Positions 37,240 to 51,754 of a stretch of DNA of 64,000 nt are shown here, piece after piece. Source of the stretch: Eledone cirrhosa (taxonomy: Eukaryota); assembly GCA_964016885.1 (NCBI GenBank), contig OZ024744.1:54126001-54190000 (forward strand), read 5' to 3'. Position 1 is the first letter of the stretch. Each line of letters starts with the position of its first letter. A program made the translations under genes and the position numbers. The notes under the pieces are model-generated. The model had not been told where the DNA came from, made no database searches, and worked only from the letters and a program-made list of their open reading frames with translations.

Positions 37240-38890
37240 AACGGAGGGTAAAACTAAGATGATGAGGTCACAGAGATGAGGGAGGGGGATAGGCTTTATG
37301 TCTGGGGCCAGGTTTTGTTTGGGCTACACACCACGGACAATAATGGAAAGACATTTCCGCGGACAATGGCCAGCAACAGCGCCGCAACAGCCACCCCACC
37401 TGGCGGGGTTCTTGACGGTGACCGGTGCAGAGAGGAAGCGGCCGGACAAGCCCTGGTATTTACTTGTCTTCCTATCCTCTGCAATGTGGGCTGAAATACA
37501 GGGGTTTGTGGCGGCGAACGTATTACAGCATTTAGCGTCTCAGATTAGGGATTTACCTCTTTCGAATGAAAAGAGGGTAATTCCGTCGGGGCGCTTGCCG
37601 TCTCCACGGTCAAGGCTTGCTGGCTTCAGTTGTGATGGGAAAGAAGCTGAGTCCAGGGTCGTTCTCAGTATGTCGTTGAGATCGGCATGTCGGGAGAACC
37701 GACCTGCGTTCTAGCGGCATGACAGTGGATGCAGCCCACTCTCGCCAACGACAGCCCCCGCAACAGTATTTATGTGAATCCCACACGTGGCGGCCGAGGC
37801 GTTGGGTCACACCGATGTGTATGCACTCGTCATCCAGAAGGGTACTGGTTGATGAGGAGAGCACATAAAAATTGAGCCATGTATCGCTGTTTGGCTGCGA
37901 AAGAGGTCGGAGGCAAGCGAGGCAGTGTTGATCGAAGCCAGACCCGTTCCGGCTGAAGGAAGATCTGCACTTGATTCTGACCCAGTTACTTTGGAACTTT
38001 GTATACTGGGAAACAAAGAGCCCTTCGCCTGTTCAGTCGTTCAGGGCTTGCTCTGGTTATGTGGTCACGTCAGATTTGGCTGTCTTGCTGAGAACTTCGC
38101 TGAAAAGGATATGACTAGATGAGATTGACGAGAGGTAGGCCAGCAGTGCCAAATCCGAAGCGGATCGGAGGTCGAGGCCACCGAAGCTCGCTGGAAGCTT
38201 CACTTGTTCTCACCTGGTGCTGTCGAAACTGACATTGCAGATGAGTTTTGCACAGCGTCGGGTGGTAGCATCGAGTTCCCCGAGGTTATCTGTGTGTGGG
38301 TAACAAGGTGCACCACGCAGCGTCAACTGAAATTTTGGAAGGGCGAAGCAGTTTCTCAATAAGGTGAGCGTCGATGAGGCACATCCTCACTGCAATTCGA
38401 GACAAGTCTGCATGCTTGGTCTCCAGGCACTCTCTTATGGATTTCGAGAGAATTGGAGAGCCCAGAATGCAGGCGGCATCTTTGGGCGTTAGGAGAGCAC
38501 CGGACAAGACGGAATTGATGCTGAGTACGATGTCATGGAATTCCGCCGCCCCGTCGCTAATATTAGTCACCTCGGACATGGGTGGGATGATCTCGAGTTC
38601 GAGGAGCTAGGATGATTAGCCGAAGATCTTCAACTATCGTCTCAGCCGAGCCAACCATGGTCGAGTTTTTCATAACCAAAATTTGAAGGGCGCCGGACAG
38701 CGTGTGACGTGGTCAACTGCCAGTGCAAAAATAGACGGGTTGAGTGTGTATCCATGCTGGACACCCGTAGGGGAAGTAACCTTGTCAACGAACATGTGTA
38801 TACTGGGTCTTCCGTACGGGAGATGAGCTAGAAGGTCAATTATGGGTGCTCGTCAGAGACACGTTTCTATGACGTGATCTCGCCTAAAGC
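37240..38890 (-). mobile_element. CRE-clade LINE fragment (RT + RLE)
   Basis: Inverted homolog of 28610-29360, extending into RT (SPTGVQHG..PSIFALAVD; ILGSPI). Confidence 0.78.
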
Positions 38891-39049
38891 TTGCTTGGTA
38901 TACTTACAGCAAGGTTACTAGGATCTTGAAGTGTTAAAACTACGCTCTTAATAATTGTTTCTACTTTTGGCACAAGGCCAGCAATTTTTTCTTTATCTTC
39001 TTTCCTTTTTTTAATTTAAATATCATTTGTTTACAGATATTTTGAAGGC

Positions 39050-39368
39050 TTTCGCGGTCGCGGTTATTTTCCTGAGAACCTAAATAATAATTGTTTGTGA
39101 AAACCACCGTATATTCGCGGAATCGTAGATATCTGCCATGATGTTTTTATGACTTTTTTCGTGGCAATATATATATTTTTAACTCTAAATTATCAAGAAC
39201 ATTATACCATATTGGCCGGCCTATTGGACGCTCCCACTTTTTTTAAAATTATATTGTACGTTATAATTTGACGTTTATAGGGATTTTTATGGACCACATT
39301 CCATATTCGCTGTTTTCCACTCTTCGCGGGTGCTCTAGGAACGCAACCCCTGCGAATATCGGGTGACA
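39050..39368. mobile_element. Probable Tigger/pogo-like non-autonomous DNA transposon fragment
   Basis: Repeated TTCGCGG motifs and TTCGCGGG..GGAACGCAACCCCTGCGAATA end. Confidence 0.45.
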
Positions 39369-39399
39369 AATTCATATAGAAAAAAACTGGTCACAAAGA

Positions 39400-40476
39400 A
39401 ACACACATACATATACATAAACAGACACATACTTTCATACGACAAATACATACATATTATATAAACACACATTCACATCATCATATACATAAACAGACAC
39501 ATCCAGACACTAGATATATACATATTACATACATACACATATCTACACCTACATATACATAAACAGACACATACAGACACTACATAGTTACATATTACAC
39601 ACATACACATATCTACACCTACATATACATAAACAGACACATCAAGACACTAGATAGATACATATTACATACACACATACATATACATAAACAGACACAT
39701 ACAGACACTAGATATATACATATTACATACATACACATATATACACCTACATATACATAAACAGACACATCCAGACACTAGATAGATACATATTACATAC
39801 ATACACATATCTACACCTACATATACATAAACAGACACATACAGACACTACATAGTTACATATTACACGCATACACATATCTACACCTACATATACATAA
39901 ACATCCACACACAGACACTAGATATATACATATTACATACATACACATATCTACACCTACATATACATAAACATCCACACACAGACACTAGATATATACA
40001 TATTACATACATACACATATCTACACATACATATACATAACCAGACGGACAGACATTAGATATATACATATTACATACACACATACATAAACATAAACAG
40101 ACGTACACAGACACTAAATATATACATATTACATACATACAAATATCTACACATACATATACATAAACAGACACATACAGACACTAGATAGTTACATATT
40201 ACATACATACATCTACACCTACATATACATAAACAGACACATCCAGACACTAGATAGTTACATATTACATACATACACATATCTACATATACATAAACAT
40301 AACCAGACGTACAGATACACTAGATATATACATATTACATACACACATATCTACACATACATATACATAAACATCCACACACAGACACTAGATATATACA
40401 TATTACATACATACACATATCTACACATACATATACATAAACAGACACATACAGACACTAGATATATACATATTAT
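39400..40476. repeat. ~70-bp AC-rich minisatellite
   Basis: CATATACATAAAC at 39482, 39552, 39622, and onward. Confidence 0.92.
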
Positions 40477-40479
40477 ACC

Positions 40480-42620
40480 AGGGTCTGGTGTGGCCCTCTG
40501 GGCCAGAGGAATCGTTCGATGACAGGCCACCAAACTCTGGGTAAAGTAAGGAAGGTGGTTAGGAAAGCAAGGGTAAATCATTACCGGGGCTAAACGTAAT
40601 ACCCTACCTATTGTACAAGGAATGTCCCAGAGTCCTTGACTTGCTCCACAAAATGATAAGATCAGCCTGGAAGAACTTGAAGATCAGTGACCAATAGATG
40701 AGAACCAAAGGTGTGTACATTCTGAAAGAGCAGAACTCAAGCGGGATAAATAAATTCAGACCAAAAACACATCGGAACATTGAAGGAAGAACATTCTTCA
40801 TTGTTATGGCAGCTAGGCTAACTAGAGACCTCACAGAGAATAAGTACTTGAATATGTCATGTCAGAAGGGAGAGTCATCCATGGAGAGTCTGGTTGTTCA
40901 GAGCATGCATCAATGGTTTGGGAAGCAATCTAAGGACTAAAGCTGCTAAATAGAGATCTTGATGAGGTGTGGATTGATCTGGCTAGTACCTACAGTTTGA
41001 TCCCATACAAGATGATCCAACTTGCTCTCAAGATGTATCATGTCCCAAAGAACATCAGGGAATTGCTAAAGAACTATTATCATGGGTTCTCAATGGGGTT
41101 CTTCTGGATCAATTGAAAGGTTAGCAATAGGCTGTGTAATCTAACCTATACCATTTGTATTGGCAAAAGCCTCGGGAGATATTATAATGACTCTCTGAAG
41201 GCCAAAGAGAAACCGGAACCAAGCTGTTGTTGGAAAAGTTCTGCATGTCATAGACCAATGTGACTTCTCTAGCAAACACGTGGTTTAGTGTTTGCAGTTT
41301 ACGTTGATCCCAAAGCTTCTCAGATCTCTACTAAAATATGATATTAGCTCCAGTACAGTGGAAGTTATGACGGTCAAAATCAACAAGGATACAAGTGGCT
41401 TGGTGTTCCACCAAGTCTCACAGATGTTGCACTCTACTGTCGCCAGGCCAAGTTGATGCTACATCTCAAAGCCATCGTTGAGGAATACAAAGTCGGAAAA
41501 GCAAGGCTCTTGACCAAGCTTGATGACTCGCAAGACAATGTCGTGAGAGCGATTTGGTGAAAGCTGATGGCAGGCAGTAAGTGGAAAGTTTATGAGACGG
41601 TAGATGCAAAGAAAATATGGGACACACTCATATTCATGGGCAGAGTGGTAAGAGGCTAGGGAAAAGATGAAGAGAGATAGGATTTTACAGGGGGTGAACA
41701 AAGAAGAAGATGCCAGAAAACAGTACAGTAGAATCGACAGGGCCAATGGATGACGTGGGAATGTGCAATGCAGAGTATTTCGGAATGACGTGTGACATAT
41801 AGCACCTATTGTGTTCTCCTCAGATCTCTCTATGGTATCCTGCCATCGAATATGGACCTAGTGAAGTGGGGAAAATCAAATAACCTTGAGTGCCCATTCT
41901 GCCAGGGTAGACAGATAGTGGAACACATTCTGACCTAATACAGAGTAACACTAGCCCAAGGAAGATACACATAGAAACACAATCTTAAGGAGATCGTACA
42001 TGAGGTAAGTATAGCTAATTTAAAATCCGCAGTAACAGAATCTCCAACAACCTTCTACACGAGAGGGAGCAGAAAATCATGGCCAGGAGTAGCTCTATCA
42101 TACAGGGCACGGGAATAGAGTATTCTGGGTGGTACAGAGGGCTGGGTGTGTACAGCACACCCCACCGAATCGGTAAAGCAACTAGAAATCACCAGAAAGA
42201 ATGGCTTGAGGCCGGATATCATACTCCATTCCAGTTCATCATTCAACTCACCTTGCATCAGTAGACTAGAAGAGGCACGTGTTTAACACAGAAAATACGT
42301 TAGGACAATAGCAAGGGGGGAAGTCGATTTCTGGCTTAAAGTTATCACCATAGAAGTTGGAACCAGAGGTTTTGTAGGTAATCTACCAACAATATCATGA
42401 AACAACTTTCAGGATCTGGGAATAACAGGACCAAAGTCATAAAACCAGTGGAGAGGAGTTCCAGCTGGATATTGTCGAGGAAGAACAAAACAGACGTTGG
42501 AGGGCATTATGTTTGTAGGGAAGTAACATCCATGAGCTCTGTTGCTTTTGACAGGAACCTCTGGAAGGCGTGATTGAGGACTCTGTCTCCATGACCCTCA
42601 CAAGAATAACTGGACGAAGA
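40480..42620 (+). mobile_element. Hero-clade RLE LINE, heavily decayed
   Basis: IPYLLYKECPRVL, GVYILKEQNSSGINKFRP, VWIDLA, CPFCQG..VEHIL, RPDIIL, IEVGTRGFVG in broken frames; followed by (GAA/GGA)n. Confidence 0.75.
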
Positions 42621-42829
42621 AGAAGAAGAAGGAGAAGGAGAAGGAGGAGGAGGAGGAGGAGGAGATGGAGGGATCCTGATCAAATCAATAACACGTCTAT
42701 GTTTTAGAGATTTCCGAATATGTTAGAAAACTCTCCAAAACAAACATGGAAGAACTCCTCAGATGCTGGAATTTTCAGTAATTTTCATGAATATATGTTG
42801 AGAAAGTAAATGTTATGAATTTCCAGCAC

Positions 42830-43540
42830 CGCCATGCCTGTTTTCGCGCGGCCTCTAAACCCCACAGTGTGGCCTGGTTCCATGCCATGCCCTCCTTCTC
42901 CACTGGTACACAGCTGGATAACGATAGCCTGCGCATTGGCGTTTCCCTGAGTTTGGCCTCCGGATCTGCGAGCCACACAAATATCGCTGTGGATCCACCG
43001 TGGAGTATTTCGGCCTCCACCCGTTTTCCTGTTTTCACAGTGCCGGCCGCCTTCCATGCCATTCTTCCCTCAACGAGATCATAAAGATTGGATTGGACGC
43101 TGCAGGCTTCCCCTCCCAGCTCAAGCCGGTGGGGCTGAACCGAGGTGACGGCAAAAGGCCAGAAGGTATGACCATCTTATCGTTCCCTCCTCTGGGATTC
43201 CACTTGCAACGACACTTTCTCCAACCACAACCTGGTGCAGTCTGCGACTAACCCAGGTTCTGCTGCATGTCGGGCTGAGGAGGTCAAGCTCTCCAAGTAC
43301 CGGTCGTTCTCCGACAGGTTCGCGGTCGTGCTCTTGGCAGTGGAGACTTCTGGTGTCCTTGGCCCTAGGGCTACCTCCCTATTCACCACCATAGGCGCTG
43401 AGCTGCCCAGCCGCCGGTGTGAGCCTCGTAAGATGGAATGGCTCTTCCAGCGCATCTCCCTTGCCATCTTGCGTGGAAACGCCTTCTCCATTCTGTCCGT
43501 CGGGGCTGTGGGGAGACCAGCACGCGGGACCCCATTTGCT
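42830..43540 (+). mobile_element. CRE-clade LINE 3' fragment (second subfamily)
   Basis: GLHPFSC..AGFPSQLKPVGLNRGDGKRPEG; KLSKY..AVETSGVLGP..WLFQRISLAILRGNA. Confidence 0.8.
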
Positions 43541-43959
43541 CACCATACAGAGAGATGGGGAGGGCGAGAGAGATTCTCAGACTAGGGAGGTACAAGAAAT
43601 TGTAACTGAAGTAAAAAGATCAAGGTATGCTGAACTACGTAGTTCTGTTAAATAATCTGGAATAAAATTGTAAGATGTAAATCATTTTTTCCAAATATAT
43701 TTAGTTGATATGTATTCCAAAATTGAGTTTCAACGATTATTGTACATTAAACAGTACCAAACTAAGCTAAAGGTCGGAGAGTATTTGCTTTTAAAAGATT
43801 CTCTAAATAATGAAGGAGTACTCAATGCACAGTAGGTAGCGCTGTATATAGAAGTAGGTAGCGCTGTATATTTATAACATTCACTTGCAGTCCTAATGAA
43901 ATGAAATCATGGAGAACCCATAAAAAGGTCAAAGACTCGAAGATAGGCACGACATATAG

Positions 43960-44235
43960 GCATTGCAAATGCTTTCAAGCCACCATCCGACGTTGTGCAA
44001 AACTCATCTGCAATGTCAGTTTCGACTGCACCGACTGGGAAGAGGTGAAGCTTTGAGTGAGGTTCGGTGGCCTCGGTCTTCGATCCGCTTCGGAATTGGC
44101 ACTGCTGACCTATCTCTCCTCAACCCCCTCCAGTCAGAAACTCGTCAGCGAGGTCCTCAGCAAGACAGCCAAACCTGATGTGACCATATAACTTGAGCAG
44201 GCCCCGAACGACTGGACAGGCGAAGGGCTCTCTGT
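43960..44235 (+). mobile_element. CRE internal fragment
   Basis: Reverse complement of about 38005-38280. Confidence 0.7.
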
Positions 44236-44859
44236 TGTCCACTATATGCGCTCCTTTGAAAGAGAACTCAGCGGGAGGTCATCAACCTTTGAGCAAATAA
44301 TAACCAGCTTTCGATAAATAGGCTGTCATGGAATGAGGAGAGAGAGAGAATTTTCTGTCAAAAAAGAGACGACACCTTCCCTGGTGACTTGGTGTTCAAC
44401 TTCTATGGTGATAGAAATGACGGACGATAGCCTGCCACCTTCTATTCGAAAACACGGTATTCATTTTTAATGTTTACATACAACTTTGTACTTTTATGAT
44501 TAGTAGTAATCATATTCCTTTTTCTTTCTCTAACTGAAGTAAAGTAGATTTTATATCTATGTCAATTAACTATTCTGTCCTGTTTATTTTCAACAACAAC
44601 CAACTTCGTTTCACTTCATGTGTCTGGACGTTCTGTTTTAATATTGAAATGTGTCTCAGTCTAGTTAATGAGATGGTCCACTTGCTAGAAATAGCAGCCG
44701 AATCCACTGCTTTTTCGGGTGGGGGACATACTTTATGTTCAGTGTTATTTTTTGTTTGTTTTTTGCTAAACAATAACTAACTTTATTTTTTTTTAAATTA
44801 TTCAGTATATATATATGTGTGTATCTGACTGATAAAATGATAAGTGAGTTAATCATATC

Positions 44860-44940
44860 GGTGGCCTCCCCACAGCCCCGGTGGACAGAATGGAGAAGGC
44901 GTTTTCCCGGACGACGGCAAGGGAGACGCGCTGGAAAAGC
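44860..44940 (-). mobile_element. Very short CRE 3' end
   Basis: Reverse complement matches 43441-43520. Confidence 0.75.
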
Positions 44941-45904
44941 GTGGTGTGGTATATTGTAGTGGAATGTGGTATATTGTAGTGTAGTGTTGTTTATTGAAGT
45001 GTACTGTGGTGTGGTATTTTGTAGTGTGGTGTGGTATATTGTAGTGTAGTAAGGTATAATGTGGTGTGGTATATTGTAGTGTGGTGTGGTATTTTGTAGT
45101 GTGGTGTGGTATATTGTAGTGTGGTGTGGTATTTTGTAGTGTGGTGTGGTATATTGTAGTGTGGTGTGGTATATTGTAGTGTGGTGTGGTATATTGTAGT
45201 GTAGTAAGGTATAATGTGGTGTGGTATATTGTAGTACGGTGTGGTATTTTGTAGTGTGGAGTGGTGCAGTGTGGTGTGTTATATTGTATGAGGTGTGGTA
45301 TAGTGTAGTGTCATGTGATATCATTAGTGTGGGGTGGTACATTGTAGTGTGGCGTGGTGTGGTGTGGTATACTGTAGTATGGTGTGGTGTATTGTAGTGT
45401 AGTGTGGTATAATGTAGCGTGGTGTGGTATACTGTAGTATGGTGTGGTGTGGAATGGTGGCGTGTGATGTGGTGTGGTATATTGTAGTGTGAGGTGGTAC
45501 ATAGTAATTGTTTCTACTTTTGGCACAAGGCCAGCAATTATCCCAGTGTATTACTGGTACTTTATTTTATCGACCCCATAAGGATGAAAGGCAAAGTTAA
45601 CTTCGGCGGGATTTGAACTCAGACTATAAAGGGCCGTAACTCTTTGCTGCAAGACATGGCGTCAGACCCTCTACCGATACTGCCAATCCAATGTGATGTG
45701 GTATAGGGTAGTGTGGTTTACTATATTGTAGTGTGGCGTGGGGGTGTGGTAGTGTGGTGTGGTGTTGATATTGCAGTGTAGTGTGGTAATATGTACTGTG
45801 GTGTGGTATATTGTAGTGTGGTGTGGTATATTATAGTGTGGTGTGGTATACTGTGGTGTGGTATATTGTGGTGTGGTATATTGTAGTGTGGTGTGGCATA
45901 CAGT
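44941..45904. repeat. 20-bp satellite (GTGGTGTGGTATATTGTAGT)n, left part
   Basis: Exact units at 45061-45200. Confidence 0.93.
45505..45690 (-). mobile_element. SINE inserted in satellite
   Basis: Reverse complement of the family. Confidence 0.9.
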
Positions 45905-48900
45905 TGTAGTGACCCCTTGGGGCGAGAAGGAGAGTTAATGAGAGTTACGTCCCATGGAGACTATAAATTGAGAACATGAAAGTACTTCCTCTCTGACAAA
46001 GCTAGCCTTCCAGGAGTTAAGATGTAATTTTGCCTTCTCCCACTTTTCATTTTTACCACAGCATGTGGAGTGAACATATTAAGAGCAACTCTCTCTCAGG
46101 CGACTTCAACTTCGGAACAGAAAACCAATAACACCATGTGGAGACTAACGTGTTCTCTCACCCCGTCGCCAATTCAACAACTAATGATACCAATTATACA
46201 TATTATATTATTTCAAAAGGTATGTCCTATTTCCAAGTTGTAACAAACACTCATAACAATAAAGATGAGACAATTATAGACACTCGTGTGAGATATTTCA
46301 GCATGTCTCATTTAATTACTTTATTACTAAATTATGAACAAATAACGTAAACACTAAATAAAAATCGACGAACTTTTATGCTCGTTAAAGTGGTGTCCCA
46401 GACGTTGGTATATGGAAAATATACCACTAAAAAAACAAAACAAGACAAAAACAAGTGTTTGACGTTTTTTTTTTTTCTTTGGTGAAATTTTTGAAATTGT
46501 CAAGATGGCGGCTTTCTTCTTCAACAGTTTTTTTTTTGCGCGAAACCGTGCGCCATGTTGGTTTTTGCTTTAAGTTCTCTGTAGATGTATAGATAATGCC
46601 ATTGTTTGCTTAGCCGCTCACTTACACAATATTTTGGATACATTCTTTTTCCTGTCCGGTTGTTTGAAGAAAAGACAAAAAACAAAAACAAAAACAAGTG
46701 GGTTTATTTTCTTTTTCCCTTGGGTTCGAAGTATTTTTCTTTACGGAGACGCATTTTGCCGCGTACTGAGATTGCACCAATGGGAGTTCAATCTATTCTC
46801 CCTACTTATACAGGGTGACGTGAAATTATGGTTCGCTGAAATGGAAGCATTTTTCGAGGCTAACAACATCGCTGAGGCACAGCAACATCCCCTCGTCCTT
46901 AGTGCCATTCCTCCGGCACTTCTCCCAACTATTAAGGATCTTGTATTGGAGACACCGACTGATGCTACTTACAAGTCGTTGAAGGCGGAAATACTCAGCC
47001 GGACTGCACAGTCCGCCGAGAAACACTTTAGAGCTCTGGTCCATTTAGAGCATATCGGGGATGGCACTCCATCGGACCTCTTACGTCCGATGAAAGACCT
47101 AACAGAGGGGTCGGTAGCGGAAACCGCAATGTTGAAGCAGTTGTTTCTCTCGCGGCTACCGACCAACGTTCAAGCAATTTTGGCCCCCATTAGGGATACA
47201 TGTTCTTTGGACCAACTGGCCCTCTCTGCAGACAAGGTTTTTGAGGTCACGGGTGCTGGAGGCAGCTAGGCTCTTGCTACTGTTTCTCCCCCAGCTCAGG
47301 CCACACCTGGCCATGCCACCTGCGCGGCATATCATGCAGACAGCGCAGCTATAATGGCTATGCAAAAAGCTACTCAAGAACTCACGCTGGAGCTACAGAA
47401 GCTGTAGGCCTCTGGTAATGTTCGTTCACGCTCACGCAGCCGCGGTAGATCTACCCCTTTGAGACACCGCCCCAGGTCACCAGCTTCATCTTTATGCTGG
47501 TACCACGAGCATTTTTCTGAGAACGCGAACCACTGTGTACAGCCTTGTTCTTTTGTGAAGTGGGGAAACGACAGAGAGTTTCGCTGAGGGCGGCAGTCGA
47601 CCTCAGCGTAAAGCACCCAAACCGCCACTTCTTCATCAAGGACCTCCTGTCTGGAAGAGCCTTCCTCATGGATACAGGAGCCTTCTGTAGTATTTGGCCG
47701 GTCCATAGCCTAAAGGATACCCCCGCGGAGTCATCCATTACTCTGCAGGCCGTTAACTACTCGCCTATAAAGACGTACGGACAAATCTCGCTTCCCCTCA
47801 AATTCCAAAATCTTTGTAGGGATTTTAAATGGATTTTTACGGTCGCTGACTTGCACACCCAATCTTAGGAGCAGATTTCCTCCACAATTTCTCCTTGACT
47901 GTGGATGTCCGAGGCCAACGTCTAGAGGATGACATCACCGGTTTCTCAATTCGTGGCCGAAGAGCCAGTGCTTCAACGGTTAACCCAACCTACTTCATCG
48001 CTGCCGCTGGAAACGCCTACCATTCGTTGTTAGAATCGTTCCCGGAGCTCATCGATGGAAATGTTCGAGTTACCGAGCCAACTCACTCAACCGAACATTT
48101 TATTTCCACAACCAGTGCTCCAGTATTTTCACGTCCACGTTTTTTACCGGCGGACAAGTTAAAGGCAGCACGGTCCCAGTTCGACCATATGCTGCAGCTG
48201 GGCATTATTCACCCATCTATGAGTCCTTGGGCTTCCCCGTTACATATGGTGGCCAAGACTTCTGGCGACTGGAGACCCACTGGGGATTATAGGAGATTAA
48301 ACGCGATGACAGTCCCGGATAGATATCCGATTCCCCACCTCCACGATTTTGCATCTTCGTTGTAGTGTGGTAAGATTTTCTCCAAACTCGATTTAGTGCG
48401 AGCTTACCACCAAATACCAGTCAGGAAGTAAGACATCCCGAAAACAGCTATTACGACTCCTTTCGGATCCTTCGAGTTTTTAAACATGCCTTTCGGACTC
48501 AGGAATGCCGCTAGCACTTTTCAGCGGTTCATAGACGAGGTCACTCGTGACTTGGAGTTCGTTTATGCATATATAGATGATCTTCTCGTCGTTAGTTCCT
48601 CTCCAGAAGAGCATATGCGTCACATGAACCTTTTATCTTGCCGACTCCAGGATTACCGCTTTCGAGTGAATCCCGCAAAGTGTGTTTTCGGATCCGCTTC
48701 ACTGAATTTTTTAGGTGACATCATCGACACCGAGGGTATTCGACCCCTTCCACAGCGAGTTAAGGCTATACAGGATTTACCTCTGCCTACCTCACTTCGC
48801 CAGTTGCGTCACTTCCTAGGCCTAATCAATTTTTATAGACGTTTCGTTCTTCAATTTGCAAAATTACTGTTTTCCCTTACCGAGATTTTGAAAGATCGTC

Positions 48901-51295
48901 GTAAGAAGAATGAGGATATTTCCTTGACACAAGCACAACTCGAAGATTTCCAGACTGCCAAGACAGCACTTGTTAATTCATCTTTGCTAGCCCACCCAGT
49001 ACCCGATGCCAAGCTTTCGCTTTGTGTCGATGCATCTGATACCGTTGTGGGAGCAGTTTTACAACAGTATAACGCTGAACACCAACAACTTTTGGCATTT
49101 TTCTCCAGGAAGCTGAAACCGGCAGAAACCCGTTACAGCACGTTTGGTCGGGAGTTATTATCCATATATCTGTCTCATATTGTTGAGGGAAGAAATTTTA
49201 CGTTTTTCACTGACCACAAACCTCTGACTTTCGCTTTGAGGGCTAAAGCCGACAGATATTCGCCCAGACAGACAAGGGACCTCGATTACATTTCGCGGTT
49301 TACCAATGATATCCAGCACATTTCTGGCTCACTAAATACAGCTGCAGACGCCTTGTCACGCTTGCCAATCAGCTCGATTTCGTCATCCCAGGAGGTAGAT
49401 TTAAGTCGTTTGGCAGCAGACCAACCTGCACTCGAATCGTTGGATACTTCATCAGCCGAATTTGCGACTTGCAACCTGAAATATCTGCCCTTGTCGACTA
49501 CCGACAGGCAGATTCTCTGCGATGTATCTACGGATTCACCACGACCTTATGTTCCCGAGACTCACCGTCGAATTGTGTTCCTTGCTTTGCACAGAATTTC
49601 TTAACCAGGATCTTCAGCCACAGTAAAGCTCATAACGGCTAGATTTTTCTGACCAAATATGAGGCGCGAAATTATTGCTTGGTGCCGTTCCTGCATACAG
49701 TGTCAAAAATCTAAAGTCCACAGACACATCCGGACTCCATCCGGATGCTCGTTTTCGAGACATCCACATCGATATCGTTGGACCTTGGCCAGTCAGTAGT
49801 GGATATTCTTACCTTTTGACCTGCATTGATCGTTTTTCGCGATGGCCTGAAGCCATCCCCTTAAAGGACATTACCGCCGACACGATAGCGCGTGCCCACA
49901 CGTGAATTGCCCGCTATGGCGTGCCAACCACAATTACTACAGACCGTGGTAGGCAATTCGAATTACATCTTTTCTCGGAGTTAACAAAAATTATTGGCAC
50001 TCAACGCATTCGGACCACATCTTATCCTGCTTCAAACGGAATGGTGGAGCGTTTTCACCGCCAATTAAAGGCCACTCTTCGTGCCTATCCAGACTCTACG
50101 TTGGAGCGAGTACCTTCCTATTGTGTTGTTAGGAATTCGGTCTTCAATAAAGGAGGACCTTGGGTTCTCCCCGGCTGAATTATTGTATGGTGCCCCTCTA
50201 GCGTTGCCTGGGCAAATGCTTGCACCTGTCGATCTTGCTAATCAAGTTCCCCTTTCCTACGTATCTCGTTTGCGCTCATATTTTCAGGACTTACCACCTA
50301 TGGATACCAGGAAACAAACTATTAAAATTGCAGTCCCGAGGGATATTGCCTCGTGGACACATGTCTTTGTCAGAGACGACGCTGTTAGACCACCTCTCAC
50401 ACAACCGTACTCTGGACCCAACCGTGTGTTAGCACGTGCTGATAAACATTTTACTGTAGACATTAAGGGATCCAGAGAGACAATTTGGGTTGACAGACTG
50501 AAAAGGGCATTCACAGACGCTCATACGCCTGAGCCACAAATACTCCCATCTTTCTCTATTGTACATACACCTGCTCCTTCTGTCCCACCTTCACCTACAA
50601 AGAATACCACGACCGTTTTGGTCGAAGAGTCCACTGGCCCAAAAGACTTTGTCAAACAGTTTTCATCTGAACTGGCCACTTTGGAGCCTTCTTTGTATTG
50701 TGTATTACTTGCTTTTCTTTTCCTTGTTCCTAAACAGTTGAAAGTTTTCTTTAACTATAGAGTGTCTTTTTGTGTATTGTATATGCATATACCTTTTTCA
50801 TACCTTTGCCTTGATCCCATTCTTGCGGGTTCGCTACAATTACCTTCGCGTTGTTCGCCTATCGTCTGGAGGAAGGTATTGTAGTGACCCCTTGGGGCGA
50901 GAAGGAGAGTTAATGAGAGTTACGTCCCATGGAAACTATAAATTGAGAAACTGAAAGTACCCGCTATCTTACAAAGCTAGCCGTCCAGGAGTTAAGATGT
51001 AATTTTGCCTTCTCCCACTTTACATTTTTACCACACCATGTGGAGTGAACATTTTAAGAGCAACTCTCTCTCTCAGGCGACTTCAACTTCGGAACAGAAA
51101 ACCAATAACACCATATGGAGACCAACTTATTCTGTCACCTCGTCGCCAATTCTACAACTAATAATTGTTTCTACTTTTGGCACATTCTACAACAAATAAT
51201 ACCAATTATACATATTATATTATTTCAAAAGATATGTCTTATTTCCAAGTTGTAACACGCACTCATAGCAATAAAGATGAGACAATTATAGACAC
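45905..51295 (+). mobile_element. Gypsy LTR retrotransposon with both LTRs (5' 45905-~46430; 3' 50880-~51295, truncated); gag-pol broken by stops and frameshifts
   Basis: LTRs start TGTAGTGACCCCTTGGGG; gag 46634-47269; protease DTGA; RT DYRRLN, YIDD; RNase H DAS..TDHKPL; integrase HIDIVGP..NGMVERFHRQLK; PPT GGAGGAAGG. Confidence 0.92.
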
Positions 51296-51754
51296 AATAA
51301 ATATCAGACACATTTATTTTTAACCATAAGAAGTATGTGTTGTTCGATGTAAAAACGGTAAAATGTTATGGCATATGAAAGGTAAATGAGTGTAAAAGTG
51401 TGAGGCTGACGCGGTGGAGCTCCAAACGCGAACTATGCCACAAGGAAGTCAGCAGCCCAAAAGTGAGTCACATGGAATTTATGACAATAATGTAGGATGT
51501 TTGGCAATTCGGGGACTGAAGTCGTTGCGGGATGACGGAGATAATGTATGACGACTTTGAGTGAAAGGTACAAATGAGGGGGGTGCCATACGTTTGCTAC
51601 AGTAGAAACGTAAATTTTTCGTTATGCATTGCGTATATGTAGGTATTCTAATGATTTATGTAGTTTGAAATGCTTACCATTCTGTATAGTTGTGGCAGCC
51701 AATAGAAACTGTGACGTTGCTTTCCTTAGACTGATTGCAGTGACATAGACCAAA

